Assembly: GCA_951406725.2 (NCBI GenBank)
Contig: OX597817.1
Coordinates: forward strand, 37,386,001-37,450,000
Direction of reading: 5' to 3'
Source: Octopus vulgaris
Lineage: Eukaryota
Length of the DNA: 64,000 nt
Each line of letters begins with the position of its first letter. The first letter of the stretch is position 1. Positions 43,721 through 57,130 of the stretch are shown here, one piece after another. The translations under genes were made by a program, and so were the position numbers. The notes below the pieces were generated by a model. The model did not search any database. It worked only from the letters and a program-made list of their open reading frames with translations, and was not told where the DNA came from.

Positions 43721-44249
43721 CATATTTATAGTCATATATGTATACACATATAAGTATACGTATATAATATATATGTGTGTGTGTATAAACGCACAATCAC
43801 AGACATTCACACACACATATATAGTGTTTATAAAATAAAGAAAATGTATATGGTAATCTCTGAATTTATTAAATACTTCTTCTGTAATCGTAGCTAGACT
43901 GACGATGTCGTTATTTTAATGAAACCCTGTGATTCTATAGTATTTAGGTATTTCGGAATGTTCAACATTATTCTCTATAAAATTTGTTTTGAACAATGTT
44001 GATAAGAACTGAGTTACATATGAAAGGATATATTTGATAATGTAGTCCTAGATACACCGTGTCTAAGGAAGCGACTGGATGGCCAAAGCTGTGGGGTGCC
44101 TCTTTTTTATATTCTAAGTTTATATCCAGCTCAGGTAAACTTTACCTTTCATCCTTTTGATTTCGATAAAAGAAAGCACGAGTTAACTGTTGGTACCGAT
44201 TATATCGACTAACAATCATCATCATCATCAACAACAACAAGTCTTATGG

Positions 44250-44470
44250 CTCATAGTGCCGGTTACATGGATTTCATAGTGAATAAGTGACTAATATGAA
44301 CGGTGATGCGATCACGTCACAAGTTTACCCATTTACAGATTAGCGGACCGGAGCAACTTGAAATAAAGTGTTTTGCTCAACAACACAACGCATTGCGCGT
44401 TTCAGGAATCTAGACTGCTATCTTGCGATCACAAATTCAGCAACCTAACCACTATGCCACGCACTTCCAC
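44250..44470 (-). mobile_element. Old tRNA-derived SINE (related remnant at about 39100-39320)
   Basis: Reverse-complement head gtggaagtgcgtggcatagtggttagg and body ttgagcaaaacactttatttca...tgtaaatgggta. Confidence 0.6.
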
Positions 44471-45292
44471 TATTGACTGACACGCTGCCCGCAAAATTGT
44501 TGTCGGTGTATCTAAATTAGTTACAATTAGAAACAGTATTTAGTGGGGTTTTTCGGTATTTTTTCTTTCCATTCATTTTCTATGAAATTGTCTAATGACT
44601 ACGATTGAACGGTTAATACAGCAACACTGAACTTCCATTTCAATTTCAGATTATAGATTGTAATAACTTGCTGCGAGCGTTTACTAAATCAGACAAGTAG
44701 ATACATGTGAAAGAAAGGGAGACAAAGTCACATGACTAATTAAATGAAATACGTTATATAGCGCAATAGTTTTAATTGAATAATGAAGCTGGCTTCGGGC
44801 GTTCAGGACGTCAATTTACATCTTACTTTAGTTACAGTGTCATGTCCTGAAGAAAATTATTTAACTACTTTTCTAAGATTTCATGCGTAGTTACAAAGTA
44901 TTGTTCACGTTTTACAAAGAAATCTTCATTCTGTTATTGTAAACTAATCGCCACAAAAGTAATGAAATATAAAAAGACAGTTTTAAAGCTGTTTCTTGCT
45001 ATATTCCTATGAAAGGGAATCAGTAAAGCTAGTGAGGAGAGAAGAGATGGATTAAATTACTTCAAAGTGTTTGCTACTTCGATCTCTTGTATTTCTGTAT
45101 TCAAACTCAACGGTGATTGTTGTTAAAGTTGTTTTCACTGTTTTTGTTGTTGTTTACCAGCAAATCCTCCCTGACAGAGCAGACTTACCATTAAAAATAT
45201 TCCTGTGACAGCCTTTTTGGATATATTTTTTTCTTTACATATGACAATAAGGCATTCCTTGATGTAATTTAGCAACTATTCCGTGCAGATTT

Positions 45293-45645
45293 TGCGGTAG
45301 CCTGCTTACCAAACACATGGTTCCGGGTTCAGTCCCACTGCGTAGCACTTTGGGCAAGTGTCGACCAAAGCCTTGTGAGTGGATTTGGTAGACGGAAACT
45401 AAAAGAAGCCCATCGTATATATATATGTGTGTGTATTTGTGTGTTTGTGCTTGTTCCCCCAACATCGCTTGACAACCGATACTGGTGCGTTCATGTCTCC
45501 GTACCTTAACGGTTTGGCAAAAGAGACTGATAGAATAAATACTAGGCTTACAAAGAATAAGTCTTGGAGTCGATTTGTTCGGCTAAAGGCGGTGCTGCAG
45601 CATGGCCGAGTCAAATGACAAACAAATAAAAGAGCAAAGGAGTAA
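45293..45645 (+). mobile_element. SINE family A copy
   Basis: Match to the family A body and tail. Confidence 0.85.
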
Positions 45646-45790
45646 ATTGAAATGCTTTCTTTACTTCTTGAATCAGCAAAAAGATGTGTCTACGATAGCA
45701 AAGAAGTATTTTTCAAACTACCATATCTCAAAAAGGAAAAGACACATTGGATAATATATTCAAAGATATCTTAAATAATACTGATTATGG

Positions 45791-46184
45791 GGATCTTTAC
45801 CTTTTGACCGACAGATTTTTAAAATATATTTTTGTAACTGAACACTTTCAAACTTCGTATACTTGTAAAATGTGTCACATAAAACATCTTTAACTTTTGG
45901 CGTTGTTGAGAAAATTCTATATTTTGGAAGTTATTTTTTTGTTAAAGTTGTATTTCGGTAAACAACAGCAATAATTTTATTCAGCTGAATACACGTCATT
46001 GATTGGTTGAAATTACCGAAATACGACAACTTTTAAAAAAATAACTTCCAAAATACAGAATTTTCTGAACAACGACAAGAGTAAAAGATGTTTTATGTGA
46101 CACATTCTACCAGTATACGAAGTTTGAAAGTGTTTAGTTTCAAAGAATTATTTTTTAAATCTGTCGGTCAAAAGGTAAAGATCC
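45791..46184. mobile_element. Foldback MITE with about 170-bp TIRs and an 8-bp TSD (Merlin- or MULE-like)
   Basis: GGATCTTTACCTTTTGACCGACAGATTT...AAATCTGTCGGTCAAAAGGTAAAGATCC, with TSD GATTATGG at 45783-45790 and 46185-46192. Confidence 0.9.
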
Positions 46185-46409
46185 GATTATGGATCTGATT
46201 GATCAAGGCTGACTTGAGACAAAAAGAACAACAATGACAGAAATAAAGAAATTTGTCCTGTCTTCATATTGTTTTGGTTGCTTTTGACCAAATACATTGC
46301 TTCGTGTTTATTGAGGAGCTTGGAAACAGATTTCTCTAAATTTTATATATCGTTATATTTGCGAAGGGAAACCGTTTTAACCTGGAATCAAAACTGATGT
46401 CAGTGGCAT

Positions 46410-46412
46410 TTC

Positions 46413-46505
<93 letters not shown>

Positions 46506-46510
46506 TACAC
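46410..46510. repeat. (CT)n(CA)n microsatellite
   Basis: Directly visible. Confidence 0.95.
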
Positions 46511-47662
46511 ATTATGAATTTCTTTAGGCATTAATATGCAAATCTATTAACAAATAGTATGTATTGACAAAAATACCTTTGTTAGAGTAGCATAATCAAA
46601 ATGATAACTTCAACAAGTATTACGCGCGCGGGCACATACACACACATGCACATATTCATACGCACACACACACACACATACGGCCAGTAGATAGAGCCCA
46701 CTTCTTCCTACACATTATATGAATTTTTTGAATAGGTACAAAGATCTTGATTAAGTTGCGGTTACATTTTTGTTTAACACTAGGTCATTCCTGACCGATC
46801 AACCCTAAAATTAAAGAAAAAAAACTCTATAGCTGTGATTGGTTGTGGTGGATGTCTGTTATTCGAAACTAAGGATTTTCACTCCGAATTATCGAGAAAG
46901 CTGCTGGCCATTTCACAATCATGTGTCCCCTAAACGAATCGAAATGATACGTTTCCATCTCACGAGGTACGGATCAATGCGTGGTTATTAATGATGACAG
47001 TTACTCAAAATGATACGCAGTGATCGAACCTGGAAACCCATGATTGCCTGGCAGATTTCTTGAGCATTTGGCTTTACTGTGTCTATAGATATGATTAACA
47101 AATATATTTTTTTCCTATTTATTTACGACTACATTAACAAACAGTTTGATATTTTATGACAATCAAATGTTTTATAAGACAAAATTTGGCTCCTTTTCTT
47201 GTAGCTCTTGCGACCACATACAGCCCCACGCCACTTGATGATTTGAGAATGTTAATTCATAGTAAAATATATAAATTCAAAGGTTTAACGGCATGTAAAC
47301 TTTCCGCTAAAACATTTGCATCATAACTCAAATGAACTTCATCCAGAAATATGATGGGGTTTCAGACGTAAATATCTTACTATTTTATACTCTTAGAAAA
47401 ATAAACTCGTACAAATATTGGATAAATATAGTTATATAGCATATATAAACATTGGATAAATGCATTTTCAAAACAAAACTATTATATGAGTGCGGGAATA
47501 TTTCCGTTGTCTTAGCAGTATTTCAACGAAACAGAAGGTGTAACTTTTCCCAGGATTCAAATGAATTATACATTCTTTCTTGATGGAGCTGTTTTTATTT
47601 GTTTCATTTTTAACTATTATTGTAAGGAATGGTATTGAAATGCCTTAAAGACAACCGCTAAA

Positions 47663-47779
47663 ATAGATAGATAGATAGATAGATAGATAGGATAGGATAG
47701 GTAGGTAGGTAGGTAGGTAGGTAGGTAGGTAGGTAGGTAGGTAGGTAGGTAGGTAGGTAGGTAGGTAGGTAGGTAGGTA
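47663..47779. repeat. (GATA)n grading into (GGTA)n microsatellite
   Basis: Directly visible. Confidence 0.95.
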
Positions 47780-48368
47780 TCCTATCTATTTTGCAACCAA
47801 TTTTTCATATTTATTTATATCTTTTCTTCCTTTCATTTTGTTTTCTATATTTTTAAGCGTTGAACTTAAACATTTGTTAAAAACTTTTCCCTTGCGAGTT
47901 GTTTTCTGTTTGTGCTCCTTGTCGTATGCATGTATGTATGCACGAGTGACTGCACAAACGGAAGAAAGTAGCACTCAGCACATTTTGTTAGAGTTACATA
48001 TATTTAGAAGCGGTTTGACTGAATTTCACATTACTTAAAGTTTTGTTGACATAAGATACGTCCAACCTACCACATTGCAGAGTCGATGTGGACGTATTCT
48101 ATGCAAACAGAACTTTAACCAATTAAACTGTTATTTATTCTATTTATCTCCAACTAAATGTGTTGAATGTCATAGTTCTCCGTTTCTTCACTCATTCAGA
48201 TAGATAGATCGATATATAGATAGATATAGATATACAGTAAAATAAGGATTCAGATAGATAGACTCAGATAGATATGCACCAGGATAAACCTGTGGTTCCG
48301 GCCTGTGGTTGGTAAGTAGGCCATGCGCCCGTCATATATGTATATATATCATATATGTATATATATAT

Positions 48369-48457
<89 letters not shown>

Positions 48458-48564
48458 TTACATATGTATATATTTACATATGTATATATTTACATAAGTA
48501 TGTATATATGTATATATATATGCATATATACACGTGTGTATGTACATATATATATTATTATTCA

Positions 48565-48637
48565 GGTCAATGCCTGAAATCGAACTCAGAATCTTGGGGT
48601 TAGTAGCCTGCGCTCTTAACCACTACGCCATATGCCC
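48565..48637 (-). mobile_element. tRNA-derived (Ser-like) Pol III cassette of the PLE-like repeat; not a true tRNA gene
   Basis: GGGCATATGGCGTAGTGGTTAAGAGCGCAGGCTACTAACCCCAAGATTCTGAGTTCGATTTCAGGCATTGACC. It has an A box (TGGCGTAGTGG) and a B-box-like GAGTTCGATTT, but the stems are imperfect. The flanks match 6093-6175. Confidence 0.6.
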
Positions 48638-48679
48638 GTGGGCAATTATGGAGTTAATTTTAGGGCAGACAATATCACT

Positions 48680-49450
48680 TTCATACTATATTTGACGCGT
48701 AAGTAGAACTCATGTCTAGAAACCTCTTCACATACTTAGATTGTTGGAAAAATCGACAATAGCGCCCTCCAATGTATCCTGCTATCTACTACGTATTACT
48801 AATATTATATCTAAACAACCCAAGGGAAATAACCTATACCACCTGCAGATGTTAGCGAAGCGTTCAATATTTGATTCTCACGATCAACCGACCTAATTCT
48901 GCATTTCACTACTCACAGCTTTGAGCTGCTAAACACTATTATTGCACTTCCTTAATTTGAATCTTAAACCTTAAAGACGTCATTCATACATTTCTATACA
49001 TACATACTTTTTTGAATGCCCAGTACTCCGATAATTCTGCATTTTTACAGTTACACTTTTTCCATGATAGTAGATAAATTTTTTATTCCACAACGTATTT
49101 GTAGTGACTTCATGCAGGCATAGCGTGGACTCGATCCTCGATTGCTGAATTTCACTTAACATTTCAACAGCGCTTTTCTCGCGGTAAAACAATAGTTTTT
49201 CTGTGAATGACAGTAGTCATACATTTCCCAGATGCCTTCGCTAAGCAGAATAATGTCTTTGCCTCTCGCCAACTTCCGAAAACCTCTCTCGCCAACCTCC
49301 AACAATCTCTCCCTCCTCCAGCAGACAGTTTTTCATGACGCAAAATACACCTTTTGTAGCAGTTACAACGAAATTGCTTTCTTATATCATAGTAATAAGG
49401 CGTTTCAATAGAACATCTCTACCCCTGAGAGTTACCGGGTACGCCAGCTA

Positions 49451-49451
<1 letters not shown>
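48680..49451 (+). mobile_element. Possible non-autonomous Helitron
   Basis: The 3' end has an ACCC...GGGT hairpin (49421-49440) followed by acgccagCTAG|T. The 5' TC start is uncertain (about 48680 or 48785). Confidence 0.45.
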
Positions 49452-49486
<35 letters not shown>

Positions 49487-49828
49487 TCATATATATATAC
49501 ATATAGATATGAATCTGTATATATATACTCATATATATATACACACATATATATATACACATATATATATATACACATATATATATATATACTCATATAT
49601 ATACATATAGATATGAATCTGTATATATATACACATATATATATATATACACATATATATATATATATATACTCATATATATACATATAGATATATATCT
49701 GTATATATATATATACATATATATACACATATATATATACATATATATACATATATATATATATGTATACATATGTATTTTTATACATATATATATATAT
49801 ATACATATATATACATCCACATATACAA

Positions 49829-49886
<58 letters not shown>

Positions 49887-50937
49887 GAGAGAGAGAACGG
49901 TGGGTTTTTTATATATATATGTAAGCTCTTTTTTAATCGTTCTTTTCCACACGCCACTTCTATATTTTTATCTATCATCATTTATACTTCCACCTTTCAA
50001 CGAACTGTGGCGCATCTATCCGATGGTTTGTAAACATCGCAGATTTAATTTATGTTTAGAAGTCACCATTAACGATCTGTTTTATTTCTCATCCATCTAT
50101 ATCAGTGGCTAGTTTTGTATATTTATGCATGTGATAAAACATTATGTAATGTTTACAAATGGATGTAATGCGAAAGTACATACATTTATGACTTTGAGTG
50201 TGCGTGTGTGTGTATACACACGCGCACACATCGAATATTTATCGGTAATAAAGATAGTCATCACAACTGATAGGTGAATGATGGACTTGGTCGACCTGAA
50301 TATGATTGAAAGTAAAAGCTGGAGATGCTATGTTTTTGTTGAAAGTAATAGCCAACGTTTCCGACAGGCCCTTTAATCAGAGTAGAGACGTAGGGAGGGG
50401 GCATTGAGTAAATCGTTTGAGGCTATACCTGGAACACTAAGAAAGGTCACAGCTACTAAATGAGATGTATTTATCAAAGATATTTCGTTCGATATAGCCT
50501 GTAAAAATCGTTTGGCAATAAAATGGTATGTTTTCGAGATATGAGATGTAGAATCAACTTGAGACTGGTTTAACAGGCAGGGGCCTGCTTACGCAATATT
50601 CTTTTCATGTATTATCATATGCAGACCCATTACTTAAAAGTTGGATTTCTTGTCAGCCAATGAGGCAGCATGTTCATTTGATCGGCTAGAAATAGCAGCT
50701 AAAATTCTTGAAATCATGCCTTCTAGAAAAAATAATAAATGTAGGCCTTGGATGGTAATGCGTTCATCCAGTAGGCTTTCTGAGCACATGAAGGGTAACT
50801 TTAGCCTGATAGGACAGGAATGGACCTAAACACCGCAAGGTAATCTGCTACAGTATAAGTGCGGGCATGGCTACGCTTTCTACTATAGCCCTAAGCTACC
50901 CAACACCTTGTTAGTGAATCTGGAAGACGGAAACGAC

Positions 50938-50981
<44 letters not shown>

Positions 50982-50987
<6 letters not shown>

Positions 50988-51292
50988 GCGCAATGGCCCG
51001 GTGGTTAGGACAGCGGACTCGCGGTCGTAGGATCGCGGTTTCGATTCCCAGACCGGGCGTTGTGAGTGTTTATTGCGTGAAAACACCTAAAGCTCCACGG
51101 GGCTCTCGCAGGGGTGAAGATGGCAATCCCTGCTGTACTCTTTCACCACAATTTTTCACACTCTTTCTTCTGTTGGCCTGCTCGCTTAGCCAGCGGGGTG
51201 GCGTCATTTGAAGGCTAAAACAATGCGAAGCGCATTGTGACCAGCGATGTGTAGCAACATCTGATAGCCTGGTCAGTCACATGATCACGTGA
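50982..51292 (+). mobile_element. tRNA-derived SINE family C (partial copies at 9750-9985 and 42943-43052, minus strand)
   Basis: Head gaggcgcaatggcccggtggttagg...ggtttcgattccc (A/B boxes); shared body gctcgcttagccagcggggtggcgtc and tail caacatctgatagcctg. Confidence 0.85.
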
Positions 51293-51299
51293 TAGATAA

Positions 51300-51330
<31 letters not shown>

Positions 51331-51452
51331 AGTGCTAAGTACCAATACACAAATCGGACCTTGAGTTTAACTTCGGTTAAATATCAATGAAAATATACAT
51401 ATGCTCATATTTTGAATTCTGTCTTTCCTAATTGCATCACAATGTGTGTGTG

Positions 51453-51505
<53 letters not shown>

Positions 51506-51631
51506 AACGACATCTTAAAAGCTGGTATTATTTTCTTATGTCTTTTATAATTTTGTGGTTCGGCAGCAGACTTACAATCAATCCTGGGGTCGATTTGTTC
51601 GACTAAACTCTTCAAGCTAGTACTCTAGCAT

Positions 51632-52335
51632 GGAGGAGGAGGAGGAGGAGGAAGAGGCGGAGGAGATGAGGAGGAGGAGGAAAAGGCGGAGGAGATGAGG
51701 AGGAGGAGGACGACGACGACACGACGACAACGACGGCGATGTCCATGCTGATAATATTGGTTATGATGATGATGGTGGTGAAAACGACAGCAACGATAAT
51801 GATGACAACAGCGATGATGATGATCATGATGATGATGGCTTAGTTCCCTCATTTTGTATTTTTTCCGTAGTTTCTATTGCTGCCAAGAATTTCAACTAAT
51901 CTTTTCTCGCCAACCTAGTAGTATCCTTTCATTCGTCGTCTCTCTGTATCACCAACCCTACCATAGTAACCGCGACCAAAACTCTTTCCTATCATTACCA
52001 GCATCACCACAACAACACCCAATCACCACCACTGAAACGACCACTAATACCACCACCACCACCACCACCACCGCCTCCATCAGCAGCAACTGTAGTAGTA
52101 GCTGTGAGCATAAACGGTTCAACATCAAATCATACATGACTGTGATATTTACGAAAAAAGAAAATAAGGAAGACGATGAGGAGGATAACGACAACAGGAT
52201 GATGACGATGGCGAAGATGATGATAGTGATGGTGGTGGTGGTGGTGGTGGTGATAATGATGAGGGATGATGATAATGATGATCATGCCAAAGACCATGTT
52301 GATGATGATCATGATAACGATGATGATTGTGGTGG

Positions 52336-52366
<31 letters not shown>

Positions 52367-52462
52367 AATGACGATGAACATGATGATCATGATGATCATG
52401 CGAATGACCATGTTGATGAAGATCACAATGATGATGATGATGAGGAGGAGGAGGAGGAGGCC
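51632..52462. repeat. Trinucleotide-rich low-complexity block (GAG, GAC, GAT, CAC, GGT); similar blocks at 40400-40690 and 58060-58200
   Basis: Directly visible; it produces spurious D/E-, H- and T-rich ORFs. Confidence 0.88.
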
Positions 52463-52752
52463 GAACAAAATGAAGAGAGAGGTGAGGTCTATTTGCTGAA
52501 ATGCTACTACTTTGATAAACTGACTTGATGTGACTTTGGCAGATTCACCTTGAAGTTATCTTGGCGTGTTCCTTCTCTGAATCACGAACACAGATAATGA
52601 CGAGAGTTTTCGAAAGATCGATAACAAGAGTAAAATCAATAGTAGCGAAGGTAAATGAAAAAAAATATATATATATAAATTTATATATAAATGAATCGAG
52701 TAACATAAATCATTAAAAAAAGATGTTGTCATTAGCTGTTGGTCGAGCAAAA

Positions 52753-52770
52753 TGTCCACCAGATGGCAGA
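52753..52770 (+). promoter_or_regulatory. Candidate CTCF binding site
   Basis: TGTCCACCAGATGGCAG matches the bilaterian CTCF core CCASYAGRKGGCR in otherwise AT-rich, non-repetitive intron. Motif match only. Confidence 0.4.
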
Positions 52771-53087
52771 TAGGTTATGCGTGATAAGATGAAAGCTTGA
52801 ATAAGATATTGTGCACTCCTGCCATAACACGCATCCCGAATTAAGAACCAGAGTGAGTTTGGATCTAAGAGCAAGTAAAAGCTGAACATTGATCTGGTAG
52901 CTGAATGTATATGTGTGTATGTATGAGTTCGTGTGTGTGCCTGTGTATGTGGTACGTGTGTGTTTTAGGTTTCAGTTAAAACTTATAATACATAGCACCA
53001 TATAATAATGAGTTTACTAAGTGTATGCCCGATAGTGCAGCATAATTTCCAATGATAATTCTTTTAAAATATACGTACAGTTCAAAT

Positions 53088-53204
53088 CAGGCAACCTTCT
53101 TTGAGAAGCGGGCCGCATGAGCCATGTCTCATCATCAGGTAGACCACATTACTAAATAAAGTCAAGGCAACGTTTTGTTAGTCGTCGCAGTTTGCCTATG
53201 ACAG
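53088..53204. mobile_element. Small degenerate hAT-like MITE
   Basis: aggcaacc...gtttgcct inverted ends, a gcgggccgcat subterminal motif, and an imperfect 8-bp TSD gttcaaat/gtttaaat. Confidence 0.45.
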
Positions 53205-53624
53205 GTTTAAATATAGTGTAGAACGACAAAATCTATAGGGGCAGACAGAGTAAATATTTAATCTAAATTATTTCATTAATTAATATTTCGTCAAGCACTC
53301 ATTAGTGTGGAAGAAAAGATAAATTGTGCGCTATTTTCTGCTATTTGTGGCATCCGTTTGCCGTTTCAGACAGAGCAAAACATGAGTCGTGAGAATAATC
53401 TTTACTAGAATTCTTTTAAGCTAATCTCAGTATTCCCGCATTTATCAATGTGCTTTGTCTCCCTGTATCAGAGGAAAGAAAAGCTAGTACGTCATCGAGA
53501 AACAACCAGGTGCAGGGGTTTTCACGATAGTCTACATTGCTAAACTTAATCGATTTCCTGGGGTCTCACTCCATTTGTAGGCTGGCCTTGACTCCTTCTT
53601 GAATTCCTCCACACAGCTAAATAT

Positions 53625-54011
53625 TTAATTCTTTATTGCCCACAAGGGGCTAAAGATAGAGGAGGACAAACAAGGACAGACAAAGTGACTAAGTCGATTA
53701 CATCGACCCCAGTGCCTAACTGGTACTTATTTAATCGACCCCGAAAGGATGAAAAGCAAAGTCGACCTCGGCGGAATTTGAACTCAGAACGTAGCGGCAG
53801 ACGAAATACCTATTTCTTTACTACCCACAAGGGGCTAAACACAGAGAGGACAAACAAGGACAGACAAACGTATTAAGTCGATTATATCGACCCCAGTGCG
53901 TAACTCGTACTTAATTTATCGACCCCGAAAGGATGAAAGGCAAAGTGGACCTCGGCGGAATTTGAACTCAGAACGTCACGGCGTGCTAACGTTTCTACCA
54001 GCTCGCCACCT
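53625..54011 (-). mobile_element. SINE family B dimeric copy
   Basis: Two tandem body/tail units behind one head, flanked by a ccacacagctaaa direct repeat. Confidence 0.88.
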
Positions 54012-54710
54012 TCCACACAGCTAAACATTGTTGTTGGTTCAGTTATAGATGGCCTGGCCATGAAACAAACAGTATTAACATAATTACCAGTAACTGGTCA
54101 TTTTTTTTTTTTTTTGTTTTTTTTACCTAACTTCGTAAATTTTGTAAGAAAGACATGAACCGTAGCATTCACAAAGACAAAATAGGCCCAAAAACACATT
54201 TCCTTAGTAATAATAACATTTCAGACTGCTCAGTTTCTTAATGAAGCAACAGTTAAATATTCTAGTTATATTATGTAATATACACTGTGTTTTATCTCTT
54301 AGATACATAAAAGAATAGTTTTCACAGCTGCGTCTAATGTTGCGACAAAATATCGACAATTAAGCTATGTAAATAAATGTGCAAGTAAACACTTAAATAT
54401 ACCGGAGGAACACACGATTAATATTAGTAAATATCAAAATAATTATCTAATTACAATTACTACATAATAGTCATTAACATTAATTTTCATCGAGGGAAAT
54501 CGTCTGTGCAATCTACTCGTTAATTTCTTTTAGACACATTTCGTTTGGATAGTCTGAAAATAAAGAAAAAAATCACCGGTACTATATCATCACCTTTAAA
54601 AAAGAATTCATCGCCTTTGCCTACGAAATTTATGATGGCCGAAAATTATTATAAATAGTGGGTAGGCGCATACTATCTCTTTTTTAATCTAATGTTGAGT
54701 AGTAAATGTG

Positions 54711-55036
54711 AAGGAGCATGGCTCAGTGGTTAAAGCGTCGAGCTTACGATCATGAGGTTGTGAGTTCGATTCCCGGACCGGGTTGCGTGTTGTGTTCTTG
54801 AGCAAGACACTTTATTTACCGTTCACTCAGCTGTAGAAATGAATTGTGACGTCACAGGTGCCAAGCTGTATCTGATGTTGCCTTTCCCTTGAATAACACT
54901 GGTGGCATGGAGAGGGGAGGCCGGTATGCATGGGCGACTGCTGGTCTTCCATAAACAACTTTGCCCGGACTTATACCTCGGATGGTAACTTTCTAGGTGC
55001 AATCCCATGGTCATTCATGACCGAAGGGGGTCTCCC
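54711..55036 (+). mobile_element. tRNA-derived SINE family D with a 14-bp TSD
   Basis: Head catggctcagtggttaaagcg...gagttcgattccc; TSD gagtagtaaatgtg (54697-54710) / gagtagtagatgtg (55037-55050). Confidence 0.88.
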
Positions 55037-55799
55037 GAGTAGTAGATGTGCAAAACAATGTTAGAAGCATCTTTAAGTAGATATCTGTTTTAGTATCTGC
55101 TAGTATGGATCGTGTTGTTCCTATATACATGTAATTATATAATAGCTCACATGCACACACAAATACACAGATATATCTTTGTATGTATGTGTGCGTGAGT
55201 GTGTCTGTCTGTCTGTATGTATCTATCTATGTATGTATGTATGTGCGTACGTGCACATGTGCAAAACTCTTACTACGATATGGTACATTATAATCTTAGT
55301 TTGTAGCATTTCAAGGCTAAAAAATGCACATTCGTCTCAGCACAACATTTGAAACTATGGATGTGCACAAAACAAACGGGGGAGCAATTACACATGACCA
55401 ATTGCTTGTTGACTGCTCTTTCATACACACACGTATTCTGACATCAAAGCAAATTAGCATATGTTTGGGGATATAGTTACTAATGCATTCCCAAACCACA
55501 ACACATCTCGTGAGCAGAAATAGAAGTAGAATCCCGAGAGAGTGAGAAAACACTAAGAAAATGAAAAAATTTAATAAACATGATAATGGACTAAAGTATC
55601 ACTACCAGCAGCAGCAGCATCAAAAGTAAAACAGCAATAACAACGCCGGAATCGACAAAAATATCATCTTCAACCGCCTGAAAATTATCATCAACAACGA
55701 AAGGCCCGTGGAGGGAGATTTTGCCAGTTATAAAACTAAGCGCAGCAACAAAGTTCTTTGATGTCAAAAAAAGCATAGGGGCCGCTCTTTCACCCAGTG

Positions 55800-57130
55800 G
55801 TTCACTAGTTGATAGAAACAATATTCTCCACAATATCGGCAGATAAAAGTAGATGGATTCTACAGAAACAATACTACTTCATGTTCATTATTAGGGATTA
55901 TTAGTGTAAACAAACCCCCAACTTCTCATGTTTGTCATAAATTTTAAAACACCTTGAATATCATAACAGTAATAAATAAAATTAGACACTTCTCAACAAT
56001 AGGTCCCAATAAATTCGGTATAAAGGTATACCGAAGCTAGTTTACATCTCTTATATCTAATCTCTCTAAAATATTGCTACACGCGCGATATGTACTTGAA
56101 CATTTTATACTCACAGTTTTCGAAAAGGGATATGAGTCCCTTGTAATAAAGTACCAACTGATCTTCATGTAATTAATTGAAAACGTTTGAGAGAGTGGTG
56201 AGATTACAGATATCTAACTTACGGAAAAACAGCTATACCTTAAATCCCAACCAGCATGGCTTTTAATGAAGCAAAGACTACTTAACACAGCTCCAACAAT
56301 TCTATAACGACATTGTCAGTGTTTGAGTAGTAAATGTGAAAGAGCATGGCTCAGTGGTTAAAGCGTCGAGCTTACGATCATGAGGTTGTGAGTTCGATTA
56401 CCGGACCGGGCTGCGTATTGTGTTCTTGAGCAAGACACTTTATTTCACGTTGCTCCAGTTCACTCAACTGTAGAAATGAATTGTAACGTCACAGGTGCCA
56501 AGCTGTATCTGATGTTGCCTTTCCCTTGAATAACACTGTGTTTGAGTTTGAAGCACATTAACTTTAGTAAGTTCCTCAGCAGATTTTGCTGTAACATTCT
56601 ATTGAAAATTCTATCCAAAATTGGAGTCAAAGTTCTCAGAAAATGTTGTCGCTAGATTAAATGCTTCCTGGTTGGCAAATCCAAATATGTTGTGATCGAG
56701 TGAATCCGCCCGGAAATTATTAGTGATATCTCCCAAGGCAATGTTTTCGGTCCATTTCCCTCCATACTTTACTTAAACATCACAAATATCATTGATAGTA
56801 GAATGTTTGCAGGTGATTCTAAGTTTAATAAGGAAATCAGAAGAATAGGTGACCGGCTATATCTCCTGTCTTACTTATATGTTGTGTCAATGAGCGAAAC
56901 AAAACTGTGTGTTTCTAAAGGAAAGAAATTTTGAGGCTCATCGACTTTGAAGAAGAGGACTTGTTTCAAAGACCATAATCTCACACTGCAGGACTTCCAA
57001 TACTATCATAGCATAATAAATAATTGTCAACAATAATCTCTCAACTGGAGCGCGCACATCAACAATGAAGTCAATATGACACGTACGATACGATCTTGGA
57101 TACTTAGAACAGATGATCTCGCCTTTCTAT
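55800..57130 (+). mobile_element. Decayed CR1/L2-like LINE RT remnant, interrupted by a SINE copy
   Basis: Fragments NPNQHGF...LTQL, ISQGNVFGP and MFAGDSKF (decayed FADD) occur in the expected order. Confidence 0.6.
56322..56538 (+). mobile_element. 3'-truncated duplicate of the 54711 SINE, including its 5' flank
   Basis: Shares the upstream flank ttgagtagtaaatgtg and closely matches the 54711 copy. Confidence 0.85.

Noticed and set aside
43895-43940. CTGACGA...GAAA spacing suggestive of a hammerhead
   Set aside because: Stem II and stem III cannot be paired convincingly; at best a very decayed remnant.
48565-48637. Possible tRNA-Ser gene
   Set aside because: Acceptor and anticodon stems pair poorly, and it is embedded in a repeat that also occurs at 6093-6175. 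I treated it as a tRNA-derived cassette.
51854-52528. 224-aa Thr/Asp/Glu-rich ORF
   Set aside because: Built from trinucleotide repeats that are open in several frames on both strands. It has no domain and no convincing splice context.
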